Below are positions 24,887-37,657 of a stretch of DNA of 64,000 nucleotides, piece by piece. A model generated the notes under the pieces. That model saw nothing but the letters and a program-made list of their open reading frames with translations, was not told where the DNA came from and ran no database searches. Source of the stretch: Gekko japonicus. Lineage: Eukaryota. The number at the start of each line of letters is the position of its first letter. The stretch's first letter is position 1. Where the stretch lies: contig NW_015167580.1 of assembly GCF_001447785.1 (NCBI RefSeq), positions 272,687 to 336,686 on the forward strand, read 5' to 3'. A program made the translations under genes and the position numbers.

Positions 24887-26124
24887 TCCAGCTGCAAGAG
24901 GCCATTGCTGCCACCCTGTTACCCAATTCAAAACTTACAGGGAACACAAGTACAAGCTGCATACCATGTATATTTGATTTTTCTTTATAGACGTGTTGAG
25001 TAATTCTCAAGTTATTTTCTATGCATGTACATCTGAATGTGTGATTCAAACCTCACATTTATCCAACTACTGGTCAATGCTTTCATGTAAAAGTAATATG
25101 AGTTTGTTGTTTCTTATAAACAGATGTATGCATGTACAGGTAGGACATGCATGTATTCACTGTAACATGTGAACATGACTTATATCAGAAGATTACAAAG
25201 ATTTCCAGCATCCAAGATCACTGCAGATCCAGAGGTTCCAGATGCTCCAACGTCAGACAAAGCCCAGTCTCTGCAGGGAAAGTGCAGAGATACCTCTGAG
25301 CATGCAAAGCCAAGCCAGCAACACTGGCCTCCTGAGAGGATTTCACAATTCTCATCGCGGCTTTTCCATTTTGATTTTGTCCTTCCCTCCCTTGTGTGGG
25401 TCATAACCATGATTCTTTATTTTTGTCTTGTCACCTTGTTTGCAATTGCTCTGTTTGCAGAATCAGAAGGATGACTAATGGCACAGTCTTAGCATTTTAA
25501 GCTTCGTCATTCTGTAGAGGAGTTGCTAGCATTGTGCTTTTTGGGCACAGCTGATATCAGACAAGTTGCCACACAGTGGTCCCTACTGGTGTTGTAGCTC
25601 CAGGGTTGTTAACTCTGGGTTGAAAAATTCCTGGAGTTTTTTTTGGGTAGAGCCTAGGGAAAGTAGGGTTGGACAGGGGTGGGTCCTTGGCATGGTGTAA
25701 TGCCACAGACTCCATCCTCTAAGGCAGCCATTTTCTCCAGGGCAACTGATCTCTGTAATCTGGAGATCAATTGACATTCCAAGAGAAGCCCTGCTGCTGG
25801 CGGTCAGGGGTAAATTGGGAAGCCAGCAGAAGCAGGGATGCCTGGCATGCAATAGTGAAGGATTTGGCTGAGGTGATGGTGAGGGAGTATGGCGGAAGAC
25901 AGGAGGGCCTGGCGTGATGTGGTCCATGGGGTCGCGAAGAGTCAGACTTGACTGTGCGACTGAACAACAACAACAAAAGCACTATAAAGATACAATAATC
26001 TCAGGTGAGTGAAGTAGCTAGGCCATAACCCAAATAATATGGGGATCTTCTTAGTCTGGCCCATACAGAGATGGAAAGCTTCAGCAAGGGCGGCTGAATA
26101 ATTGGATGCCTGCTGCCTCACCCA

Positions 26125-26835
26125 AAGGCCTGGCAGATCTGGTACTTGATCGGTAGCTAGTGCAATTGGTGTAGAACTGGCTGAATGCATGCCCACACAG
26201 ACATTGCACTTAGCAGGCGCGCCGCCACATCTTTCACTAGCTGGAGTTTTCGGATCAGCCTCAAGGGTAAGCCCACATAGAGTGAGTTACAGTAATCAAG
26301 CCTGGGATAGACCATTGCATAAGTCATTGTAGCCAAGTCCTGGGGGAGAGATAGGGCACCGGCTGCCTGATCCGCCAGAGATGATAAAAGGCAGACCTGG
26401 CAACTGTGGTAACCTGGGCCTCCATAGAAAGTGAGGCCTCCGGGATTACCCTTGGGCTCCTCACCTTTTGGGCCAGCACAAGTGGTGCACCGTCCAAGGC
26501 AGGGAGCCTGATTCCTGACTTAACTGCCCCTTGGCTCAGGTACAGGGCCTCCATCTCCACTGGATTGAGCTTCAACTGATTCTGCTGTAACCACCCAGCC
26601 ATGGCCTCCAACACCCTGTCCACATTCTCTGGGGCAGAGTCCAGGCAGCCATCCAGCAACAGATAGAGCTGGGTGCCATCAGCATACTGGTGGCAGCCCA
26701 ACCAAAACCCCCAGACCAACTGGGCAAGGGGGCACATGTAGATATTGCACAGCATTGGTGAAAGGATAGCTCTCTGTAGCACTCCACATTCCAGTGGGTA
26801 TCATGGGGAGACCCTCTTGCCAAGCGCCACCCTCT
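26125..26835 (-). mobile_element. Duplicate of the L2 RT fragment
   Basis: Near-identical to 23100-23810, offset about 3025 bp. Confidence 0.88.
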
Positions 26836-27444
26836 GTCCCCATTGGCCCCTGAGAAGCTGTGAATCCACCATATGCTGCCAGCTAGAAGGGACAGGGTAC
26901 ATGGACAAAGGGTGTCTCCAGTCTTAATGGTGCAACCACACAGTCATAATCTGCTTTATGGAGTCATAACCACGAGGATTAAGTTGGGAGAAGGGCACAC
27001 CATCACTCTTGCCCTGCTCCACACAACAGCTGCACAGATGTGGAAGATGTGGAACTCAGACTATATATTTCTTCTCTCCCCATTACCTTAGGATTTTACA
27101 AATATCACACATGAAAATGTTTTTAAAATTCTATATAATTTCATAATAATGTCATAAATATCTGACGTCCAATATTGATAGAACAAGAGAGAGGTTACTC
27201 TCCACTTTCTGGTGAACCTGTAGTTTAGAGATTGTGAAACTACCGCAGGCTGGGTGCTGGGCTTCTTCTCTGCACCTATACATTCATGGGTGGGGCAAAC
27301 AGCAGGGGAGTGCTGTTGTTTGAATGGAAATAATTTGAATGCTGGGCATGTTTGCAAGCCCAAACAGATAAAAAGGGAACCGGGGGCATTAAAAGTAGAT
27401 GCTCCCTTTTCCTCAAGAAGTAAACCTCATCCGAGTTTCCCATC

Positions 27445-27872
27445 ATGCTCTTGGTCTTGTTCCTGCTCACACTCTTCAATTACTGGTCAGGTACTACAAA
27501 GTAGGCTCTCTGTAATGTCTCTAGAACGTAGAGATGTGCTTTCATTTATTCTGAGATATTTTCTCCTTTTTCACAGGTTCTTTTGGCCAGTATGTCCTGA
27601 CTCAACCATCCTCTGTGTCTGTGATGCCAGAACAAAATGCCCAGATCACTTGTTCAGGGAACAACATTGGGAGCAAGAATGTGCAGTGGTACCGGCAGAA
27701 GCCCGGAATGGCCCCAGTCCTCATCATATATTATAGTACCAGCAGACCCTCTGGGATCTCAGACCGATTCTCTGGCTCCAACTCTGGCAACACAGCCACT
27801 TTAAGCATTGCCAGAGCCAAAGCAGAGGATGAGGCCAATTATTACTGCAGTGTGTGGGACAGCAATGCTGCT
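27445..27872 (+). CDS. IGLV: V9: IGLV segment, group A, intact, recent duplicate of V8; leader 27445-27490, V exon 27577-27872
   Basis: Differs from V8 by G>S in CDR1 and one silent change in CDR3. Confidence 0.93.
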
Positions 27873-27911
27873 CACAGTGATACAAGCAGAGGGGGAAGTG
27901 AGACAAAAACC
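27873..27911 (+). other. 23-RSS of V9 (consensus)
   Basis: CACAGTG-23-ACAAAAACC. Confidence 0.95.
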
Positions 27912-30900
27912 TCCAGCTGCAAGAGGCCATTGCTGCCACCTTGTTACCCAATTCAAAACTTACAGGGAACACAAGTACAAGCTGCATACCATGTATATTT
28001 GATTTTTCTTTATAGACGTGTTGAGTAATTCTCAAGTTATTTTCTATGCATGTACATCTGAATGTGTGATTCAAACCTCACATTTATCCAACTACTGGTC
28101 AATGCTTTCATGTAAAAGTAATATGAGTTTGTTGTTTCTTATAAACAGATGTATGCATGTACAGGTAGGACATGCATGTATTCACTGTAACATGTGAACA
28201 TGACTTATATCAGAAGATTACAAAGATTTCCAGCATCCAAGATCACTGCAGATCCAGAGGTTCCAGATGCTCCAACGTCAGACAAAGCCCAGTCTCTGCA
28301 GGGAAAGTGCAGAGATACCTCTGAGCATGCAAAGCCAAGCCAGCAACACTGGCCTCCTGAGAGGATTTCACAATTCTCATCGCGGCTTTTCCATTTTGAT
28401 TTTGTCCTTCCCTCCCTTGTGTGGGTCATAACCATGATTCTTTATTTTTGTCTCACATTCTACTTTCTTGCCCTGGTTTTCCTCTGCATAAAATGAATGG
28501 ATTTTCTGACATTTGAACAAAAACCTACTTTACAAGCAGTACATATATGATGTATAAATAACCCATATTTAGTGCGGACACAGGGTCATGGGCAGCCATT
28601 CAGGCTGGCATGATATCACTACTCAGAAAAAACAGTAAGTGACATCACAACATTGGCCCAATGGTCATTTTAACTTTTCCCCCCACTGCCACTATAAACA
28701 ATGGTGGGAAACTAGAGACAGGGGCAGAGTATTCCCTTCCCCACTCCAGGTGTGTGTGTGTGTGTGTGTGACAATCCTACCCTTATGCCAAATGTATCAG
28801 AATCTGGTATGTTCAGTTCCCTGTGTGACCCTATCAATACTTGGAAATCAAAGAGTCACTATAACTACCTGACAGGTCACCTTTCTCTCTTCTGAGCACT
28901 TTGTTACAGCTAGTGGCCTGCCTTGTTGTTGAGGGAAACTATCTATGCGGCAGGGGAGGCCAGAGGGGTATAAGGGACTGCACAACAGCTAATACAAAGG
29001 TCTGGTACAGTAGGAAGATTCCAGATTTGAAGAGTAAATGTAAATAGTTTTTATTAGAGTATTTCCCTAATTACAAGCACACTAATATTCAAAAAGAGCA
29101 AGCATTACAGAACTAAGAAAGCAGAGGTGATGGATGGTGAATAGAGGGGTCAGTTATGGGGTAATACAACCTGTCCAGATGTGCAGAATCCATGGAGAAG
29201 AGATTATCACCCAAACATAGGATTGGGGGTGGACTGCCAGTTGGCATCAGGGCAGAGGCACAAAATCTGAGGCCATGTGTGCTGATGGATATAGGCACTG
29301 GAAAACAATGCAGACCAATGGGAGGCCTTGGGGGCTGGTCTCAGGTGAGAACAATAGGTTTTCTAGATCAATAAGGAGTCAATGGAGGTGTGGTATCAGG
29401 CAGAGCATAATTCAGGGTGGCCAATGGGGTCCCAGAGTTTGTATATGTCTGTGATCCCTGTCTACCTGGTCTAGCCTAGTTGAATGGGTCTTGATGCCCA
29501 CTGATGGGTCAGCTAAGGTAGATTGAATGGTTTCCTAGATTTACTCAAAAGATGGAAGATGCATCCCTGATAGTTGCCAGGAAGGATGGTTAATAATGTG
29601 AACATATGATTGGTTTATCTCATTATCCCGAGGGATGGGGCAGGAAAGACAGGATTCTCACATAGACATAGGGTCACACAAAAAGGGCTAGGTGAAGTTC
29701 TGGAGATAGAAGGGCTATTCACCAGGTGGCCACTGAATAGCTTTAGAAATGTAGATACCCGGTGGAACTCGTCATTGTTTCTTATGCATACCTTTTGGGG
29801 TGGGGAAAAAACTGGAGGTTTGCTCTGAGGCCTGCCTTATGAAACCTGAAAATGGAGACCCTTTTCCCCAGAGCTATGGCTAGCTCTGTCAGGCTGGGAG
29901 TGCCTTCCTTTGGCCTGACTTTTGTGGGTCTCTGGTTCAGGTCAGGAGTGAGGTGCCCCAGCTGTTGAAGCCACCCTATAGTAAGGCAGTGCCCCTGCCT
30001 AACAGGTTCTCAGTTGCAGAATATATACTGATGTGTTCTGCTGCTGTGCAAAGGATGCATGCACATGTACATCTAATCTCACCCAGTTTGCATATGTCTG
30101 GGATCCTTGATGAGATCGCAGCCCCCATGGCAGGCCAAGTGCGAGTGGACAAGAACACAGGGCTGCTTTCACCAAGCCTGGAGGCAGCCGAAGAAGCAGC
30201 AGAGACAGCCACGCTTGGGTTGGGCACAGATGACTAGGGCTGGGATTGGCCAGCAGGAGGGGATCAGCAGTAAGTATGCCTCAGATCTCAAGCTGGCCAG
30301 GGGGTGTGGCTTTCAGCCATCCCTACCAGCAGCAGCAGTAGTGGCAGCACAGATAGGGGCATGGAAAGGGCTAGCCAAAACCAGACCTCCGTAGCTGGGG
30401 CAACGCCCCTGAGTGCCTGCACCCTTGGCTATGGGACCAAGGAAAAGAGGAGGCTGCCTGGGAGGAGGGAGGGGATGGGGCAGAGGTATGCCCCAGTGTA
30501 GAGGGACCCTGGGACCAGGAGGAGAGTGCCACAGTGGGGGAGGATATTGTCGTGCTAGACAGTTTTGGAACTCTCCAACAAATCAGAGTCAGGGAGTGAA
30601 TGTACTGAACACATGAGATTTCATAGTGCACAGGAATGCTGTAGATGATTTTTTAAAGTTGGCGTAGAAGTAATAGTGCTGACGTCTGTATCACGGCACA
30701 TTTAACATGTCAGGGAGCTCCTCAACAATATTGTGTTTTCTTCAAAAATAACTGAGAGAGAGAGATCGCTTCCTGTTACAATGCACGCTTGGACCACAAG
30801 ATCTGCTTGATCAATTCTGTGCTGTACATGCTGACACCGGAAGGGCTCATTGGTTATCGTCTCTCAGAGTTGTTACACTGTGTTTACTATCCTGAAACAC

Positions 30901-31096
30901 TTTGTTTCTCAAAGGCATAGCAGAGTCTTTTGGACCAGGACAAGGAATATGGACAAAGGGTGGTTCTAGTCTGTATGGTGCTGCTGCACAGCCAAACGGT
31001 GCTTTATGCCCCTATGACCAGGTCTAAGACAAAAGATGGGCATGCCACCATGTTCCATGCAGCATCTGCACAGATGTGGAAGCACTTGGATTTTAA

Positions 31097-31505
31097 GGCC
31101 CCTGCCACACGGGGGGGAAGAAACACGCGGTGGCGGGATCACATAGATCCCCTGAGCCGCCGTGCAGATCCTCCCCGGCACGATCAGATGCTGGGGGGAA
31201 GCCATTGACGGGAGACCAAGGCTGCCAAACTGCGCATGTGTGAGCATGCGCAGTTCGGCCGGGAGCCTGGATTGCTCCAGAAGATGGGTGCGCCGGCAAT
31301 CACACGGCCGCGCTTGCTGCGGTGTACCCGGTAAGTCCTCCTCTTCTGTTTGTTTGTTTTTTTTTTACAGCGCGTTATTGGCCTGAAGGGATGGATCGGG
31401 GACGGGTGCAAGCCGATTCCCAGATGTTGCAGTGTGCTTGCGCCTGTTTGCTGCGCCCCCGATCTGTCCCTCTCCCGGGCAAAAACCTCCCATGTGACCA
31501 GGGCC
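31097..31505. mobile_element. PIF/Harbinger-type MITE
   Basis: TIR GGCCCCTGCCACA/TGTGACCAGGGCC; 3-bp TSD TAA. Confidence 0.8.
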
Positions 31506-31564
31506 TAAGGGAGGCATATAGACTGTGTGATTATTATTATTATTTTAAAATCCCAATTACTTGA

Positions 31565-31797
31565 TAGGGTTGCCAAGTCTGGGCTGGGAAATTCATGGAG
31601 ATTTAGAGGTGGTGCCTACAGAGGGTGTGGTTTGGGTGTGGAAGGACCTGCGCAGGATGTAATGCTATAGAGTCTATCCTTCTAAGCAACCATTTTCTCA
31701 AATTGACCTTTGTCATCTGGAGATCTGGTGGAAATTTCATGAGATCTCCAGGCCCCACCTGGAAGTTGGCAACCATATTTAGCATTTTTAAAGCAAC
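31565..31797. mobile_element. TAGGG-ended hAT-type MITE
   Basis: TAGGGTTGCCAA...TTGGCAACCATA. Confidence 0.7.
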
Positions 31798-32120
31798 CAT
31801 ATGAACAAGTAGCTAGCATGTCTCAGATAATATCTAGATACAATACTGATAAAGCAAAAGAGAAGGTACTCTTCAATATCTTCTTGTTAAACCTGAGTGC
31901 AGAGGTAGTAAAAACACCTGGGAAATGGACCATGAGCTGCTTCTCCGTGTCCTTGAAAAGGTAGGTGGGGCAAAAAGCAGGGAGAACAGTTGTTTGAAAG
32001 GAAATGATTTGAATGCTGGGCTCGTTTGCAAGTCCAGACTGATAAAAAGGGGATGGGAGGGCCTGAAGTAAGCAAAAACCCTTTTCTACAGGAGGCGACG
32101 CTTATCTGTTTTTTCCCATC

Positions 32121-32551
32121 ATGCTCTTGTTCTCACTCTTCCTCCCATTCCTCACTTGCGTGTCAGGTATGTCAAAGGGAACTTTCTGTGCCTGGCTAAT
32201 CTCTTTAGAGCTGGGCGAAGACCTTTCATTTATCTTTTGATCTTCTTTTCCCCAGGTTCTTTTGCCCAGTATGTGCTGACTCAACCACCCTCCGTGTCTG
32301 TGTCTCTGGGAAAAAATGCCCAAATCACTTGTTCAGGGAGCAACATCAGGGGTTCCTTTATGCACTGGTATCAGCAGAAACCCGGCATGGCCCCAGTCCT
32401 CATTATGATCAACAGCAATGGAAGCCCCCCGGGGATCTCAGACCGATTCTCTGGCTCCAACTCTGGCAACACGGCTACATTAACCATCTCAAGGGCCAAA
32501 GTGGAGGACGAGGCTGATTATTACTGCCAGGTGTGGGCTAGCAGCACTGTT
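32121..32551 (+). CDS. IGLV: V10: IGLV segment, group A, open; leader 32121-32166, V exon 32256-32551
   Basis: Leader [15 protein letters not shown]; QYVLTQPPS...[11 protein letters not shown]; divergent CDR2 region [10 protein letters not shown]. Confidence 0.92.
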
Positions 32552-32590
32552 CACCGTGATACAAACAGAGGGGGAAGTGAGACAAAAACC
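32552..32590 (+). other. 23-RSS of V10
   Basis: CACCGTG-23-ACAAAAACC. Confidence 0.9.
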
Positions 32591-33028
32591 TCTAGCTACA
32601 AGAGGCCATCGCTGCCTCCCATACCCCATGTCAACATTGCAGAGACTTCTAGCACCCTAGATGAATGCCGATCCACAGGTTCTAGGTGCCACAGCTTCAG
32701 ACAAAGCCCAGTGTCTACAGGAAAAGGGCAGAGCTCCATACACTGCAAAGAAATGTACAAAACTCAGATTGAAATGCAGTGAATCGAAATCCCTGAAAAA
32801 AGATTAAAGGAAACCAGATAGGGAGTGTTTATGCATCCCTGCCTCAGTGAAAACATCATGATTAATGCTCAGAATTCCTCTGTAAACTCCACACCGAGCT
32901 TCCAGCCCTGGGGAGGGGCCCCTGGTAGGGAGCCTGTTCCTTCCAGTTTGGTGTAGTGGTTAAGAGTGGTGGGTCAGGCACAGTTCTCTCAGAGCTACTC
33001 TCTCAAGAGCAGTTCTCTCACAGCTCTC

Positions 33029-33300
33029 AGAGCCAGTTTGGTGTAGTGGTTAAGTGTGCGGACTCTGATCTGGGAGAACCGGGTTTAATTCCCCACTCCT
33101 CCACTTGCACCTGCTGGATGACCTTGGGCAAGCCAGAGTTCTGTCAGAGCTGTTCTTTCAAGAGCAGTTCTCTCAGAACAGAGCTCTCTCAGCCCCACCT
33201 ACCTCACAGGGTGTCTGCTGTGCGGAGGGGAAAGGAGTTTGTAAGCCGTTCTGAGACTCCAAGTGAAGGGCGGGGTATAAATCCAATCTCCTCCTCCTCT
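33029..33300 (+). mobile_element. Squam3-like tRNA/CORE SINE, with partial head and tail duplications at 32943-33028 and 33301-33420
   Basis: A-box TGGTGTAGTGG, B-box-like GGTTTAATTCC, CORE-like ACCTTGGGCAAG, L2-like 3' end GGGCGGGGTATAAAT. Confidence 0.75.
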
Positions 33301-33690
33301 TTCAGCCCCACCTACCTCACAGGGTGTCTGTTGTGGGGAGAGGAAAGGGAAGGAGATAATAAGCTGTTCCGAGACTCCGAGTGAAGGGCGGGGTATAAAT
33401 CCTCCTACTCCTACTCCCCCTCCATGGGGGGCAGAGAGTGTATTTAACCATCCAGCTATCAGTCAAGTAGGAAAACACACTTCTTTCCTCCCTTTTCAAC
33501 AGATTCTTAAGGAAGAAGGGGTTCTAACGTCCAATTAACTAGCTCATTGGAAAACATTTCGATGCCACATGTCTCCAATTAAAATCTTTGAGGCAGTTCC
33601 CAAGATAAAAGAGTGCAATGAGGATTTGAAAAGGATGGTTTAAAAAAATCACACAAAAAAACTGAGCTGCCAAAACCAACAAGAAACAAT

Positions 33691-34137
33691 GGACCCGGTC
33701 ACACCGGAGGATTTGCCCCACGGAATGGACGGATTGAGGGCGGATTAAACCGGCATGATCAGATGCAACATCTGGCAAGTGTCGCGCCCTCACCCCCAAC
33801 CCATCCCTTCTGGCTGAAGATGAGGAGTTNNNNNNNNNNNNNNNNNNNNNNNNNNNNNNNNNNNNNNNNNNNNNNNNNNNNNNNNNNNNNNNNNNNNNNN
33901 NNNNNNNNNNNNNNNNNNNNNNNNNNNNNNNNNNGTGAACTGTGCATGCGCACACATGTGCAGCTGACTCGTCTTGCTCTCCTGTCCGTGGCTTCTCCCT
34001 TGGCATCTGATCACGCTGGGGAGCATATGTGCGGCAGCTCCGGGGATCTGTCTAATCCCGCTGCCGCGCTTCTCTTTTGCCGCAACTCTAAAAAGCCATA
34101 CTTCCACCACGGCTTTTCCTGCGGTGTGACCGGGGCC
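33691..34137. mobile_element. PIF/Harbinger-type MITE (contains N gap 33829-33934)
   Basis: TIR GGACCCGGTCACACCG/CGGTGTGACCGGGGCC; TSD AAT; empty paralogous site near 50795. Confidence 0.78.
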
Positions 34138-35298
34138 AATAATTAGCAGTGGCCACCACCCTGCATAAAACAGCAAATTTGAAGCCATTTTAGCATGACG
34201 AAATGCCCCTGTGAGGGCAGAGACCATCTTCTGAGTAAACATACCTGACGAAACAAATATGCTTTAACCTGGTACCTTTGGTGTAGTGCCAGGTGGAAGC
34301 ACAAAGGAAGGGGCTCCATAAGTGAGGCACCTCAGAAATGAAGAGGAATGAGAACAAGTACTGACGAAGGTCACTTCCAGGTCGTTATAGAGACCAGCCT
34401 CCTAACACATCCAGTAAGGTCCTTGAGCCTAAAAGATTCCCTGCCTTGCAAACATGTGGTGAGGAGAGGGGCAGGCAGGTGGGCAGAGTGGTGAGGAGGA
34501 GGGGGTGGGGAGGTGCTGGGGGGGATCAGACTGAGGAAAGAAAGCAAGAACCGGTGAGAGAATTTCCACATGAATTTCTCACATGACCCTGCATGTAAAT
34601 CCTCTCTTCATAGGGCTGCCAGCCTCCAGGTGGAGGGCAGAGTTCTGCAAGAATTATAATTGACCTCCAGATGACAGGGATCAGGTCCTCTAGAGACAGT
34701 GGCAACTTTGGTGTGGGCAAACTCTATGGTATACCATAGGACCTAGGAGAAAGAGAAGTCACTCTCCTGGTACTGCCCCCAAACTCCAGGAATTTCCCAA
34801 GTGAGTTGACAACCCTCTCGGGCTTGCAAATTTGGAAATACAAGGGGCGGGACCCGCGATACTCGCGGGGGGGAGGCAGAGGAGGAAGCAGCAGAAGGAG
34901 GTAAGTATCCCCCCATACCGCCGGTTCCGCTGTCTCCTCCACCACCACCCTTGATCTCCCCCCCCATTGCCTCTCCCCCCCAGCTCCCTCTTCCCCCCCC
35001 GGCTCCGAAGCAAGGGCCGAGCGGCTTGCCACTCGGCCCTCGCTGCTCTCTTCCCCCACTTGCATGCGCAGGGGATGCTCTGTCACTTTTGGGGGGATTT
35101 AAGTATCCCCCTGATTTTATTTTACAGGTTTCAGATTTTTGTGCACACCTGGGGACTGCCCCAAGTGTGCACAAAAATCTCCCTCCCCCCCAAGTGCCCC
35201 CAGTGCGCGGATTTAGGTATCCGCACGCACGGGGGCGACTTGGCTATTAGATATAGAGATGCTCTGTGGAGCTGAAACCTGTCTAAAATAGTAGAACC

Positions 35299-35324
35299 TG
35301 CAATGAAAACCACTAGAGGGCACC
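35299..35324 (+). promoter_or_regulatory. CTCF-like site with upstream module
   Basis: TGCAAT-gaaaa-CCACTAGAGGGCAC. Confidence 0.7.
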
Positions 35325-36290
35325 CTTGATCTAGAAAACACTGAGAACCACATAATTGTCATGTAGCAGCACCTTGATCAGAAGTCCCCATTCAGCAGAT
35401 GTTAAGTTGAGATCTTCTGACAAATCTTTTTTGGGGAGAGTATAGATCTGCCTGGCTGCAATGTTTTGCTGTATTCACCAAACAGAGACATTTGTAAAAT
35501 GTTATTATCTTGCAAAAATAGTGTTCTTTTGAAAAAGCCATTTGGCTCCCTTATAAAACATAAAAAAAAAAAAGATGATGAAGAAGAAGAGTTTGGGCAT
35601 TCCCATCTATCAAAGATTTTATTGTTGGCTTGTTTTAATATGCTCGCTTTGACAGAACTTCACAGTAAGTATGCAGGATCCCCTCTAAGCAAAGAGGGAG
35701 TCGAGAACCTTGGGTCAACCTCCAGTTCTTTTACGCAGTGATCACTAGGAAAATGCAGTTTAATTATTTCCTATTCTGTGATATTATGTTCTAGACTATG
35801 ATGATATATTTCTGGTTCCTATTGTATCTCACCCCTCATGAATCTAGAACTGAAATATACTCTGTGGAGCTGAAACCCCATCTTGGATGATTAATATAGG
35901 TATAGCACCGTATTATTGGAAGGTTTTATTGTGATGTTAAATGTTTTATTTATTATATACTGTATTGTATTTTACACTCGGCTTTGCCGCATGTGAGCCT
36001 CCCCGAGCCTTTGGGAGGGCGGAATATAAATCAAACTAATAAAATAAAAATAAATAAATAAATAAAGTACCAAACCCAGTCCTAAGCAACCTATTACTAG
36101 CCTCATCTCAAACACAGATGAAAGATCTGCCTTTAAGGAGCCAGGGTGAAGCATCACTTGCAAAGGACAGCACATCCAGTTTTCAACCATGCTTCTGATC
36201 AAAAGGACCTACCAAATCTGAGCTGATCACATGACAATGTTCCACCTCCCCCCATAGGGGACACATAAAGGCCCACAAATGGACCCGTTT

Positions 36291-36525
36291 CAGCCTTCTA
36301 GTGCTGTGGTACACAGGTGAGAACAGGTGAAATTGACACTGCAGTTATTGACAAGGGGAGTACATGTGATAAGCAAACAGTGGGAGACAGGTTTCTGTGA
36401 TATTCTCTTTTCCAGGTTCCAACTCTCAGTTTACTCTGTCTCAGCCACCCTCAGCATCTGTGCCAACAGGGAACACAGCCAAACTCACCTGTGTCATGGC
36501 CAGTGGGTTCAGCATCAGCAGCTAC
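36291..36525 (+). pseudogene. V11: truncated group-B IGLV pseudogene (V18-like)
   Basis: 5' part of leader including the ATG is deleted; V exon from 36416 reads [34 protein letters not shown] and then loses homology; no RSS. Confidence 0.88.
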
Positions 36526-36558
36526 CTAAATGTTCCTCCCAATTATCTCCATCTGCAG

Positions 36559-37063
36559 CAGGGGTCTTTTCGTAGAAAAAGAGCTGCAGGAGCTCATTAG
36601 CATAAGGTATGCTAATGAGCTACTGGGCTATTAGCATAATAGCTCATTAGCATATGCCACGGCCCCTGACATCACCAGAAGTGATATCAGAAAGGGAAGC
36701 GAAAGGGGGGGGGAGGCATCTTCAAAAGCCTCCCCTTCCCTTCTCCAGCTGGCCTGCAAGGGGGGGAAGCAAAGAGAGAAGGGGTTTAAACCCCTTCTCA
36801 CTAGAGTTGGGCCGCAGAAAAAGGAAAGAGGGAAGGAAAGAGAGCGAGAGTAGAGAGAAGAAAAGAAGGAAGGAAAGAGGGAAAGAAAGAGAAGGAAAGA
36901 AGGAAGGAAAGAGGGGATAAAAAGAGAGAAGGAAAGAGGGCCCCGGGAGGCCGACAATAGGCTTCCTCAGGCCTCCCTGGGGCCGCAGCACTCCAGTGGA
37001 GACATCAGGAAACCGGGCTGCCAGAGCAGTGCTCCGGCGTGCTCCGACCCCAAAAGACCCCTG
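36559..37063. mobile_element. hAT-type MITE rich in octamer-variant motifs
   Basis: TIR CAGGGGTCTTTT/AAAAGACCCCTG; perfect 8-bp TSD ATCTGCAG; empty paralogous site near 54807. Confidence 0.88.
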
Positions 37064-37657
37064 ATCTGCAGTATACCTGCCCCTTCCCACCATTATCAAG
37101 TGATCAGACCTATCTGTAACACTACACTGTGTGTTATGATGTGTGAAGCAGCCCCCCCCCCCAAGATTTCCTTCTCAGCCAAAAGCAAGCAGATCCAGAA
37201 CGGATGTGCTGAGCCCGTTTTCACGGGCAGAAGAGCTGTTTGCATCCATCCTGTGATAGACTTCAAACACAAAACTAGCTAATACAAAGAACTGCCTCAG
37301 GATTTGGGGACTCAAACAATCAGTAAGCATCCGATGATACTTCTCCCTTGATTGGTTTGAATGTATAAATCACACAAATTGAAGGGGAAGGTTTTACTAA
37401 AGAAAAGGTCAATTGCAGCTGAAAAGCAGCTAAAATAGCAGCTGTAGGAATCTAGATTGAAGAACTGCTTAGCAAGTGTGGCACATCCTGCTTTTAAGTA
37501 CCCCTGTGATCATAAGGGCCAATCAGATTTGAGCTGATCGAGATGAAGATGCTCCACCTCCCCCAACTGGAGGAATATAATGGGCCATTTCTGGGCCAGG
37601 TTCCAGTTTAGGGTCTTTTGTTTCCTTCCCTTGTTGGGATACCAGATCTCTCTAGCC

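Larger units (their letters stand above)
22863..28453 (+). repeat. Recent tandem segmental duplication (copies about 22863-25428 and 25889-28453) carrying V8/V9
   Basis: Near-identical 2.56-kb copies at an offset of 3025-3026. Confidence 0.92.

Noticed and set aside
28924-29845. Possible minus-strand solo LTR
   Set aside because: Has TTTATT and LTR-like composition, but I could not define TG...CA ends or a TSD
33029-33100. tRNA gene
   Set aside because: Pol III A/B boxes belong to a SINE head
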